A stretch of 63,805 bases of DNA, counting the filler, from Reticulomyxa filosa (lineage: Eukaryota; Protista; Foraminifera), in assembly GCA_000512085.1 (NCBI GenBank). It is 19 parts of 19 records of this genome, joined end to end, with 100 filler letters (N's around TTAATTAATTAA, not from the genome) between each part and the next. Parts side by side here need not be neighbours in the genome. Positions count along the whole stretch, not along the records: positions 24,801 to 26,988 come from ASPP01024086.1; positions 27,089 to 28,509 come from ASPP01018744.1; positions 28,610 to 31,899 come from ASPP01023075.1; positions 32,000 to 36,389 come from ASPP01037522.1; positions 36,490 to 38,954 come from ASPP01022154.1; 14 more parts are not named here. One strand, given 5' to 3'. The position numbers were made by a program, and so were the translations under genes. Each line of letters starts with the position of its first letter. Position 1 is the first letter of the stretch. The notes under the pieces were generated by a model, which worked only from the letters and a program-made list of their open reading frames with translations, did no database searches and was not told the origin of the DNA. Shown piece by piece: positions 26,197 to 37,400 of the stretch.

Positions 26197-26904
26197 ATGT
26201 ATCGACTCCGCGCTTGGAAACCTGTTACAAATCAGTATGTCTGCCTCTTGTATTTAAAGGCATTTGTTTGGAATATCCTTGTTTTTTTTTTCCTCGCGTT
26301 TTTGTGAAGGACATGATTTACTAAAGAACAACACTGTTATAGGGTGTTAGGAAGATGGAAGCTCAACAAAAGTACATTGATGAGTAACATGTTTCACAAG
26401 CAATGGTATTCATCACAAATGCAAAAAAACTTGAACTTGGCGCAAACCAAAGAGACAGCGGTAAGCAAAAAAAAAAAAAAAAATTTGATTGGGTGACAAA
26501 AGAGGTAAAAAAAAAATGTAAAACGAAAAAAAAAAAGAAAGAAAAAGAGAGTGAAAATGAAGATGAAGATGAAGACACCGAAACATCAATACGTTTGAAA
26601 ACACCTCGAGGAACACGTGACTATCATCCATGGGAGCAGCGCTTGCGTAACGAGATGATGGACACAATCAAACAAAACTTTGAAAAAAATGGCGGTCAGT
26701 ACATTGAGACCCCAGTGATGGAATTGAAAAGTATAATGATGAACAAATACGGCGAAGAAGAAAAGCTCATTTATGAATTGCAACGTCAAGACGGCACCGC
26801 TGCGGAAGAGTTGTGTCTACGCTATGACCTAACCGTCCCTTTAGCAAGATACGTCGCGATGAACCGAAAGCGGATTAAATCACCTTTCAAAGCTGCTAGA
26901 ATAG
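26197..26904 (+). CDS. HARS: Histidyl-tRNA synthetase, 5' part, with probable mitochondrial presequence (exons 26197-26234, 26343-26460, ~26550-26904)
   Basis: LKTPRGTRD, IETPVMELKSIMMNKYGEEEKLIYEL and LCLRYDLTVPLARYVAMN are eukaryotic HisRS motifs. The spliced N-terminus is MYRLRAWKPVTNQVLGRWKLNKSTLMSNMFHKQWYSS. Confidence 0.92.
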
Positions 26905-27088
26905 GTTGTGTACTGTGCTTGTACGTATACATAGACATACATGTCCGTTGAAAAAAAAAAGAAAATTAAACTCTCCTCCTGTCCCCCTNNNNNNNNNNNN
27001 NNNNNNNNNNNNNNNNNNNNNNNNNNNNNNNNTTAATTAATTAANNNNNNNNNNNNNNNNNNNNNNNNNNNNNNNNNNNNNNNNNNNN

Positions 27089-27440
27089 GGATTGTCTGTT
27101 GGCTGATTGGTCGGATTGTTTGTCGGTTGATTGGTTGGATTGTTTGTTGGTTGATTGGTTGGTTGATTGGTTGGATTGTTTGTTGGCTGATTGGTTGGGT
27201 TATCTGTGGGTTGATCGGTGGGACTGCGTGTCGGCATGTAAGTCGGCGAGTAAGTCGGATACTTGGAGGGTGCCTTGGTCGGAATTTTCGTGGGCTGATT
27301 GGTGGGTTGGTTAGTAGGTTGATCAGTGGTTTCATCAATGGGTTGATATGTGGTCTCATCAATGGGTTGATATGTGGTCTCATCAACAGGTTGTTCCGTG
27401 GTCTCATCAACGGGCTGATCAGTCGTCTCATCAACGGGAG
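27089..27440 (-). repeat. Coding tandem repeats (12-nt PTNQ/PTNN units; 24-nt TTxQPxDE units)
   Basis: Visible periodic ggttggttgattggttggattgtt and gtggtctcatcaa units. Confidence 0.85.
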
Positions 27441-28452
27441 TGATGGTGGGTTCGGAGGTGGGCGAAGTGGAGGGCATGAAAGTGGTGGTAATGACATTGT
27501 CGTTATCTTCGCTACTGGCATCTTCATCATAGCCATCATCACTGCTGCTATCACTATCACGAGGACAAGTGCCATTCCTTTGATCAATGCTCAAGTCGTA
27601 GCAAGCGTACCATCCTCGACAGCGATATGTAATGGTGGCATTATCGTACGCGACAATTTGCAAGTTTTCGCAGCTGTGATCGCCGTCGCAGTCGATCTGG
27701 CAATCGCCGTAGCAGTGGACCTCACTATACGCGCACGACTCTTCGCCGGCGCAGTACACTCCTCCGCAGTCGCACACATTCATCAACGTGTTCTGACAGT
27801 CGTAGTCGTTGCACTCGATATGCATGCACGTCGGCGCTGGCGTGGGGTTTTGCGTGGGCGTTTTTGTCGGATACTTGGTCGGAGATGGTGTCGGCTCGAG
27901 CGTTGGGTTTTCGGTCGGAGATGGCGTCGGAGACAATGTTGGAATTGGGGTTGGCTTCCTCGTCGGATATGGCGTTGGACTCATTGTCGGGTTGCTAGTT
28001 GGGTATTTGGTCGGAGGTGTCGTTGGGCTTGTCGTCGGAATACGTGTTGGATTGCTCGTTGGATTGTTCGTTGGCTTCTCTGTCGGACTGGTCGTTGGCA
28101 CTTTTGTTGGGATATTCGTTGGAACTTTCGTCGGGCTCGGCGTCGGACATGTACCGTATAACGACTTCAACTTTTGGTTCTCGCACACATTCTTACCCCC
28201 GGATGAATCGCAATACACATTCCATTTTGCATTCGTGTAGGCCAGTAATATCATGTCGCTACATGCTTGCGTGCCTTTGCAATTCAATTCGCAAATTATC
28301 ACTGCACTTCCGTCACCGATCCCCAAACACGACACCGTCGATTTGTAACACGCTTGGTCCCCGTTACAGCTCAGCGTTTTGTTCCCGCACTCATTCATAT
28401 GCTTGCTCATACATTCTTTTTCACCGCAGGTTATCAATTGCTGGGCTTTCAA
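27089..28452 (-). CDS. Extracellular mucin-like protein: two Cys-rich modules separated by PTxx repeats (partial)
   Basis: CxGxxAC/SC modules, many PTxxPTxx units and TTDQPVDE repeats. Open to the contig end. Confidence 0.8.
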
Positions 28453-28471
28453 TTTTAGTTGTTTGTTTATT

Positions 28472-28509
<38 letters not shown>

Positions 28510-28692
28510 NNNNNNNNNNNNNNNNNNNNNNNNNNNNNNNNNNNNNNNNNNNNTTAATTAATTAANNNNNNNNNNNNNNNNNNNNNNNNNNNNNNNNNNN
28601 NNNNNNNNNATACGAAAATTAAAAGTTAAAATATTTTATATTATTTAATTATTTTTTTATCCATTATAATAATAAAATAAATAAATAAAAAG

Positions 28693-29612
28693 AAAACAAA
28701 AGAAATATCAATAATAATGAAATATTGGACTCGTTCATATTCAGTCAAGATGGGATGGATTGATGAATTTAATCCTATAATTACAAGATATATTCTGGTA
28801 TGTTATAATTTTTGTTTTGTAATTTATTGAAAATTAATTAATTAATGCATTTATAATAGAGAAAATACTATCGACCTTTAAAGATTCTTCAAAGATATCC
28901 TTCTTATGTGCGCAATGTAAAATTTTCTCCAGATGGCTCTAAGATTGTTTTATGTTCAGATGAAACAGTCAAAATATGGAATATTGAATCCAAAAAAGAA
29001 ATTGGAATACTCAAAGGACATTCAGATATTGTAAATGATGCACAATTTTCACCAGATGGAGATATGATTGTTTCATGTTCAGATGACAAAACCATTATAT
29101 TATGGAATGAACCATCATGTAAAAAGACAGTCGAATTAAGAGGACATAAGCAAGCTGTGACAAGTGTCCAATTCTCACCAGATGGAAAAACAATTGTATC
29201 TGGTTCACACGATCAAACAGTCCGAATATGGAATGTATATTCTGGACAAGAAGTAATAATTTTAGGACAATTCAATAATATAATATATGCACAATTTTCA
29301 CCTAATGATCAACAAATAATTTCAGTACCCAATAATGGATCAATTGAAATTTGGGATGTAACAAGACGCAAAATGATATGTAAATTGAATGAGAATACTC
29401 AACGTAAAGCAAAATTTTCATCAAATGATCATTTGGTTGTATCTTGTTCAATGGATAATACAATCCGACTATGGGATGTGCAATTAGAAGTAGAAATACA
29501 AAAATTGCAAGGATATTCCGATAATATAATTATGATAGCTGTTTCATCAAATGATAATACAATTGTATCAGTTTCTGAAAATGGAACTATTCAATTATGG
29601 AAGTCATTGTGA
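28693..29612 (+). CDS. WD40-repeat protein of expanded family (exons 28693-28797, 28860-29612; 5' end missing)
   Basis: About six repeats of the type GH..V..AQFSPDG..IVSCSDDKTI.LW, preceded by a short motif exon. Confidence 0.9.
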
Positions 29613-29989
29613 ATCTTTTTTGTTCAATTTAATTATGCAATCTTCACCATTTGACGAAAAGACGACCAAATACAATCTAATCTTTTTATTAAGTTTATTG
29701 ACTTTTTTTTTTAATACAAAGTTAATAAAGAAAATTATCATCACTTCATCTTGTTTTACAAAAACGACAAACATATCGATAAAATCACACATTTCCTTTA
29801 TTTGTAGAAGCTATATCTTTAATCAGTCTTTTAATTTAACAAAAAAGAAAAAAGTTGGTAAATTTCATGATTGTGAGACTGACACAAATGAAATAAAAAA
29901 CCAAAATTAAAGAAATATTTAAAGAAAAAATTATTGATAAAATATTTAATTTTGCTTCTTCATGAAAAAATCAATTATTTCTATGTCAA

Positions 29990-30520
29990 GATTTATTTCT
30001 TTTTACTGTATTTCATAATAATTTTGTCAAAATCATCAATCCATCATAATTTTATCTTTAAAGTTCGAATCCAATATTCAATAATACATTTTATTTCATT
30101 TTTTGACTGTTCATTATTTGTGCTTCATCAAAATAAATAAATACACAAATCATTACCAACTGTGAAGGATCCCATACACGCACATTAGTCTTCATGTGAG
30201 TTGATATTATTGTTTCTTTATCACCTCTTCCTCCAATGGTGTCTTCTCACTGGGTAAAGTGTGCTCAAATGTCATCCATTTATTTTCTTGAATTGAAATT
30301 ACACTATCATTCCCGTTACATCCACCAAAGAACAACATAACATCATTGATACACACATATGTATAATATTTGAATTGTGCAATATCCTTACACATGAAGT
30401 TTATGAAATTGAAAAGTGTTGTTATCTTTATCATATTCAATTGATAATCCTATATCTCCATAAAAAAAAGGCAAAAATGCTAGGCCCTGGTGCTATCAGT
30501 GACCGCTCTGATCGTGTTCT
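29990..30520 (-). pseudogene. 3' part of Kelch-type family gene, internally deleted, with in-frame stop
   Basis: MLFFGGC...SIQENKWMTFEHTLPS, then STHMKTNVRVWDPSQL|GT..AG|SKNEIKCIIEYWIRTLKIKL*WIDDFDKIIMKY (TGA at 30044-30046). Confidence 0.75.
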
Positions 30521-30839
30521 GTGACAGTTATGATTTACCTCTTAAAAGATATGATTTTTTATTTGCCTAAAATACATTTTTGTCAGTTTTAAACACTTAT
30601 CATATCTTTTGATTGATATCAATAATAAAGTATATAACTAAAACAGTCAAGATGATAATCCAATTGAATATCTCAAAAAGCGTTGCAAATTCAGTTGACA
30701 AAATACTATATTATTCTTTTGATTCGTATATAAAATCATTTTAATGCAATCATTAGAACAAAACATACCGTAGAAGAAAAATAATGGCAGTGCTGAAAAA
30801 ATTGGAAAATGAACATGATCTGTAAGTCTCCAATTTCTA

Positions 30840-31060
30840 AGAGGTGGATGTTGCAACTGAATCAACAAGAGTAAATTTACCACTTATTTGTTTGATTTTT
30901 GAACAAGCTGCCAAAATCCTATTGAAATAATTTGTGCAATGCATAAGATTCGAATGAATTGCTTATTGTTAGAATTGTTAGCAATTCTTATTGTATCAAG
31001 GGATTAATACTATTCGTTTATGTGATGTTGAGACATCGAAATCATTGCATATTTTCATGA
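30840..31060 (+). pseudogene. Collapsed RING/TRAF-zinc-finger-WD40 family remnant
   Basis: WMLQLNQQE*..ICLI..NPIEIICAMHK fragments abut a WD40 fragment NTIRLCDVETSKSLHIF, with stops and frameshifts. Confidence 0.55.
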
Positions 31061-31450
31061 GTGTTATATTGTGTTTGGCCATTTTTGTTTTGACGCATTT
31101 ATTCAGTAAATTTTTGTTATTCGTTTCCACTGCGAAATGCTGTTACTTTTTGAAAAAATTCTTGCAAAACATTTATTGCAGGATATTTTTTGAAAATGCT
31201 TGAAAAAAAGTTGTCAAATTTCATAGTTACGATACATGCACGACTATAAACTTTTTCTCAAAAAATTTTCAAAGATCAATAAACACTTAAATGTTTTGAC
31301 CTTTTTTTAATTATCAATATAACGTATGCATAAAATTTATTTCGCTGTAAACCTGAGTAATTGCAAAGTATGATATTGTTTTCTTTAAAAAAAGCTAGCA
31401 GTACTTTCAACTTTGAAAGCGAGAATATTTTTTTTGCGTGAAAGTTTTGA

Positions 31451-31881
31451 ATGATGGTGTTAAATGTCGTATTGTGTTTGGCGCTGTGGTCTTTTATTGT
31501 TGTGCATTCATCAAAGCAGATATACTGCAGTTAAATGTTCAAGAACAGGACAGGACTACAAAGCAAACCCAAAAAAAAAAAAAAAAAAAAAAGGTAGACA
31601 ATGAATGTACACACAAGACCTTGGAAAAGTTTGACAAAGTGCTGTGCATGGGAGAAGGGTCCTGTGCACACAGCATAATAAAAATTGAGGAAAACATGGA
31701 AGAAGAGCAAGAATATGAGATCGATTGTTGGGGATCTAAAGCATGTGAAAATGCGACCATTGTATTGCAACATGACAACACCACTGTGTACAAGGATGCC
31801 AAGTCACATGCACTGTCAATCAAATGTCGTGGTGCATTTTCATGTCCGCTGTTGTCTGTGGTAGTAGCACAACCTTTTTAG
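31451..31881 (+). CDS. Secreted Cys-rich protein, 5' fragment
   Basis: Hydrophobic leader IVFGAVVFYCCAFIKA; repeats CMGEGSC, CWGSKAC and CRGAFSC like those in 27089-28452. The start is approximate. Confidence 0.55.
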
Positions 31882-31999
31882 TTTTGTATTTTTTTTTTTN
31901 NNNNNNNNNNNNNNNNNNNNNNNNNNNNNNNNNNNNNNNNNNNTTAATTAATTAANNNNNNNNNNNNNNNNNNNNNNNNNNNNNNNNNNNNNNNNNNNN

Positions 32000-34900
32000 A
32001 GCCAAACAAAAATTTTTAAACATCTCTCCACGTCTCTCAAGGATACCATAGCCACATCCTGTAATTTGGTGCGCACAAAATGTTGAGATCGGAAAATTTG
32101 TTCGGCTATGAAGTGTGCCTCCGAGTCAAATGTCGCCCGTGCACATGATGCGTATAACTCTTTTTTCCGATCTTTGGTCATTTCTGAAATATATTGATGT
32201 TCATCTAACTCGGACAATGACCCAAACTGCCAAAGATGTGCCTTTACAGTTTGACACAAAGGAAATACTCGATACACATATTTGATCAATGGATCTTTAT
32301 GATACCAGGATTTTTCCTGAAGATTATGTTTATATTCACGATAAGGATTACAAGCTGCAATAATTTTGATCTCCTTTGGTAATGCCACTCCATCGAGGGT
32401 ATGGTTGCAAATCAATTCATTGAACCATCCAATATCCGGTGAAGTGTTGAATTCATCTAAGAAAAGCCAAATCTCCTTTGCGTCATGTTTATTTTCTCTT
32501 TCTTTGGATTCATTAGAATCAGTGTTGTTTGATTGTTGTTCTAACATTTTTTTGCATTTCTCCACAAGTTCACGAATATGAGTCCTTTCAATTCCTCCAT
32601 GGATATCCACGGCCACCAATTCAATATCTGCTGCGCGCGCAAGATACTTAATCAGCGCTGTTTTCCCACAGCCCCTGCAATACAAAAGAAAATGAAAACA
32701 ACAATTTCAAAGATATTATGTATATGTATATTATATTACAATTGCTCTCCTCCCTCAACCCCTTTCAGCTCACTCTTCACTTACGTTTCGCCCATCAACA
32801 CAGTCTATAATAAAAAAGTAGAATATTTCCAAGCAAAAAGAGGGTTTGTATTGAGAAATAAAGAATCAAATGCATTTGCTTTCAATATAATGCAATACCG
32901 GGAGATCGGATCTAATATTGAGAAGAATGGCCACCATTTTCAGAATGTTATCGTAAGTCAATACATAATGTTCAAATTCTCCTTCACACAATTTCTTCTT
33001 AATGTCGCCTCTCTTTTCCATTGGGGTACCCACCGCACGACATAATACCTCAATACGTTCTTGCTTTGTTTCAAGAATGCTTTCGGTATTTGGAATACTC
33101 ATGTTTGGTTTCTATTTCATCACAATTCATTTTTCATTTCATCTATGTTTGATTACATTTTTTTTTACAAAAAGAAATGCATGCTCAAATTACCCCGAAA
33201 AGTAAGTCCCATATTTTCTTTACTTCTTCTTTCCAAGAGATAAAGAAAATATTTGCTTGTATTAAATCCTTACGTGCTCTTACATCCAGTGCGTCTTCAT
33301 TTGGGAACAGTAATGAAAGAGATCCTTTTGTATATCATAAAATTTGTATTATAAAAAAAAATAATTAACACAATGAAAACACTTATTTAAATTTCAATAC
33401 CGTCATGATTGATTAAATAGAGCGACTCAGAGCGCTGCAATTTTCTGCATAAGCAGAATTGCATCTCTTCTTCTTTGATGAACATGTTTGCAAAAAGTTC
33501 TTTGGCAATTGCAGTTACACACTTGGTCGTCTCCTGCTTATATTGAATGTGATGATTATACACCTGTCTGTTGGTAAGATATCTAGAATTAGCTAGAATT
33601 TTGAATTGAGTGAATAAAAACTTGAAGAAGATAGTATAATTCAAAGGGCATGGCCATATTGATTCAAAAGAGGATTCCATAAAGTCAGTTATCTCTGCAT
33701 TGCTTAAATTCTCAATATTATCTGGATTAATATCTGGTGTATTAGAAGAGAGTCTTGAGGAAGAGGTCCAATTCCAGAGGCCTATGTTTGCGAGTCTGTA
33801 AAAAAAAAGGAAACAGAAAAATAAATAAACAAAGATTAAAATAAACAAAGATTACTAAAAAAGAATCACATAAACTCTAATTCTTTAGCCCGAAGTTCTT
33901 TTATCCATTTAATGCAATATTGGGCCTCGTTTCCAAACTGAAACGGATTGTTGAATTCATTTACAGTGACAATGGGAAAATTAGATTTGGGAAATAGAGT
34001 ATATAAAATGTCTCTTGCAGTGCCTTCCGATGAATCAAATTGCGATGGGATTTCAATGAAAAATGCCATATTTGAGCTCACATGAAAAATGGAGCAATCT
34101 GTGTCAATATGTTGCAAATACAATAATTGAAACAGGAAATCATTTATATCTCGGTTGACACAAGACGATATGTCCAAATGATAAATCACCAAAGTGTCTT
34201 CAGGTGGTGCTATTTGATCCTTGTTTTTTTGAATGCTGTTCATGTTATCTTCCAAAGTGTAATCAAATTTACAGGGATGGTATTGCCAAAGTGTGTTCAT
34301 TGTCCATTTCCAATCGATAACGCTACTGTTGAATCTCACATAAATCTTTTCTATTTTGCATTCCTTTTGATATTTTTCAATATCTGCTTGGATTTTCCAC
34401 GTTTTTCCCATTCCAATGTTGTTCGACGCATACAATTGGACAAAAGGCTTTCGATTACTTTTGTCACGCAAAAATGAATTTAGTTGTTTGGTATATAGCT
34501 CCTCTTCCACATCGAATGAGTGTATGCTTTCACCAAAAGTGAATTCAAGCTGAAATAGCTTCAGCACCCCAGCTACATCATTGTCCATATTGGAAGAGAC
34601 TACTGCAAATAAATATTGTTTCATGCGTTGCAATTCAGAGTGCTGCAATAACATACGCTGCAAAAGTTTGACAACTTTTGCCTGAGTTTTCTTTGCCAAT
34701 TTTTCTGGCCAAACCAAACAATACAATGATGCTTGTGCACTGTCTTTTTCAAATTGCCGTGTGCATAACAATGCCCGCAATAACAAACATTCAATTTCTT
34801 CTTCTGTTGTTGTTTTTTTGCAGATTAATACATGTTCTGCTCGTGGAAGCATTCCAATTGATTTATACAAATTCAAAATTGTAGCAAATCCTTTATTGTT

Positions 34901-36389
34901 GGTAGCAAGAATGATCAAATTGGGTTTGCCTTGATGCAATGAAGTAATTTGATTGGGCGCTCTTTTATTATTTCTTGAGTTTTTCCAAATTTTAGAGACG
35001 ACTTCACCTAGTGATCGTACTGATTTTTTATCTAATATCTCTTTCCACTCGCTCAATGTTTCGGATGTATTTTGTAAGCTATAGTCCAATCTTTGGAAAT
35101 AAGGCAAAATATATTTGGAGGCTAAATCGTCCCAATACTGGTTCTCAAATATCAAAATTTGATTCATCATTGCAATTAAATGTTGCGCCTCATTCATGGT
35201 GAAATAAGCCAAACAGGGATAATTATATCTCAATTCCACACCTTCCTTTTTCCATTTGTTCAATTTGTTCGTCCATTCTTTTTTACAATTTTCAAAGTCT
35301 TCAGCAGTATTTTTGGCTGGTAGAATCAACTTACCAATTTCGTCTCGTCCACCTTTTTCCCAATAATCCATTCGAAGTGCATAAATATCTTTGCAAGTTT
35401 CAAATTGCAGAATTATTGTTTCGATATCTTTTTTCTGTTTGCTTGTCAAACCGAGTTTTAGTCGATCGAATGTATTTTCCAGTTCTTCACAATCCCTTTT
35501 GGTTTTTAAAAATTGCAAGGTCAATCCTTCACATTTGTCAATTTTCAATTTCCTCGTTTCAAACAGATTTGCAGCAGTAGTCAGAGATTGAATACCAAAC
35601 AATGTCTCATATCCATCCAACACCCATTTGCCCATTTTGTTTGCTTGTAGTAATTGTTCATAATCTTTTATCACCGGCAATTGATCACCTTCTTTGATGA
35701 AACGAAAGAACTCGTCAAAATCCATATTCAAACAACCCTTCAGCTTCTCTTGAAAATCGGAACTTACTTTCTTTGTAAAGTTCGATTACAGCCTTGGCTA
35801 ATTCAGACATTAACACATAAGTGCGATTCCATATTTTTGTTTGCAATACTCTGTTGACTGTACGCAATTTGCCAACTAAATGGCGAAAGTTTTCATTAAG
35901 TGAATCATCCATTTTTTGAATTGCATATCCAAATTGTTCTTTGTTTGTAAAAATTTCTTTAGTTGCAAATTCTCCAATTTTATTTTCATTTTCTGCGATC
36001 AATTCCAACACACTTTTACTTTTGGTGATATCCCCAAAACATTCCATGCATATGCAATAACAATTCGATGCCTCTTTTATCGAAGTTTGTTCTTTGTCAC
36101 GCTCGAGTTGACCAATGACTTCAAATTGTTTCAAAAATGTTTGCCACTTTTCATCACTTTTGAAATTTTTTTTATTTTTATGAGCATTTTGAATTATCTC
36201 AGTTGCTAGTTTCAATATTTGCCAGCAATGTTTCGTTTTCTGTAGGCCACCTGCATTTTCAATTTCTTTTTTTTGGTTTTCTTGCATTTTATTTTTTGCT
36301 TCGGATCTGACGTTGGGAAATAGTATGGACATTTCCAATTTCCAGTCCATTGACTCACACCACTCTAAATCGCTATATCGTAATGTATT
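32000..36389 (-). CDS. RNF213/mysterin-like dynein-related AAA+ ATPase, internal fragment
   Basis: YVLTYDNILKMVAILLNIRSDLP-TVLMGETGCGKT (Walker A), IHGG, WLFLDEFNT (Walker B), IIAACNPYR, YVYRVFPL, VSLRDVERCLKIFVW, plus an upstream GMGKT/HLDIS module. Confidence 0.88.
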
Positions 36390-36639
36390 NNNNNNNNNNN
36401 NNNNNNNNNNNNNNNNNNNNNNNNNNNNNNNNNTTAATTAATTAANNNNNNNNNNNNNNNNNNNNNNNNNNNNNNNNNNNNNNNNNNNNTAATCAAATAG
36501 CATTTCAAAATCCAAATTAATTAAAATGTTTACACAAACACACAATATGTAACTATAATATCAAAAACTCTTCACTAACAACAAAATAAAATAAGGAAAG
36601 TTAAATGAAAATTAAAAAGTATTAAAAAAAATTTATTTT

Positions 36640-37400
36640 AGATCTCCCTTGTACGAAGATAAAAGGCATTCTTAGTGGATTGGCTGAGTGTCGCGTTGTG
36701 CTAGAATATGATGTGTCCCTCATTCTGCTGCAACGCCTCTTTCTTTTTAAGGATAATAAAAAAAAAAATTTTCTTATTACAATTTAATCCCAAAAAACTA
36801 AAACTCAAACAAAAAAATTGAAATTTAAAAAGTTGCAGGTGCTTTGTCGTTGCTTCAGGGCATTATTGTTGCTTCGGGCAGTTGAAAAATATTTCTCGCC
36901 TTCGGAGGGCCGACTCCGAACCTTTCGGGTTCGGCGACCACCCTAATGGTTTCTTTTGTCCGGTTTCACTGAACTGCGCTTCTTTGGCCCTAATCTTATC
37001 CTCTATGTCGAGATTAGCGACATGGCCAGCACGTCCATGGAGGTTGCTTAAGGCTTTATATCCCCCTTTTTCTCAAAATCTCCCTTGACCACTTATTTGA
37101 GTTGGTCTTTGATTATGGGATAGGATGCTTTGATATTTTTTATTTATTTATTTGATAGTTCACTAGTATCAGACATGTTCGGAAGTGTAGTTAACAGTCT
37201 GCCTTATCATTAGATTAGATTTTTGATCCAATTCCATGTGGGGTATTTTGTCCCAAAATGGCTTGCAGTAGATACGATTATGGTAAAGACACCTTGCTTC
37301 GGCCGTCCGGATCGCCTTCACAAGTCTTGTTATCAGCTTTGAGTTTCAGTTTTGCCCGAGGTTCAGCAGCGATCAAGAATATGTTACCGCATTTTCAATT
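36640..37400. other. GC-elevated degenerate segment, possibly a transposon remnant
   Basis: GC-rich island in AT-rich DNA, with short broken minus-strand reading frames and hairpins. No diagnostic motif. Confidence 0.3.

Noticed and set aside
27089-28150. CRISPR-like or satellite array
   Set aside because: Units are multiples of three encoding PTxx repeats, with no unique spacers and no cas genes.
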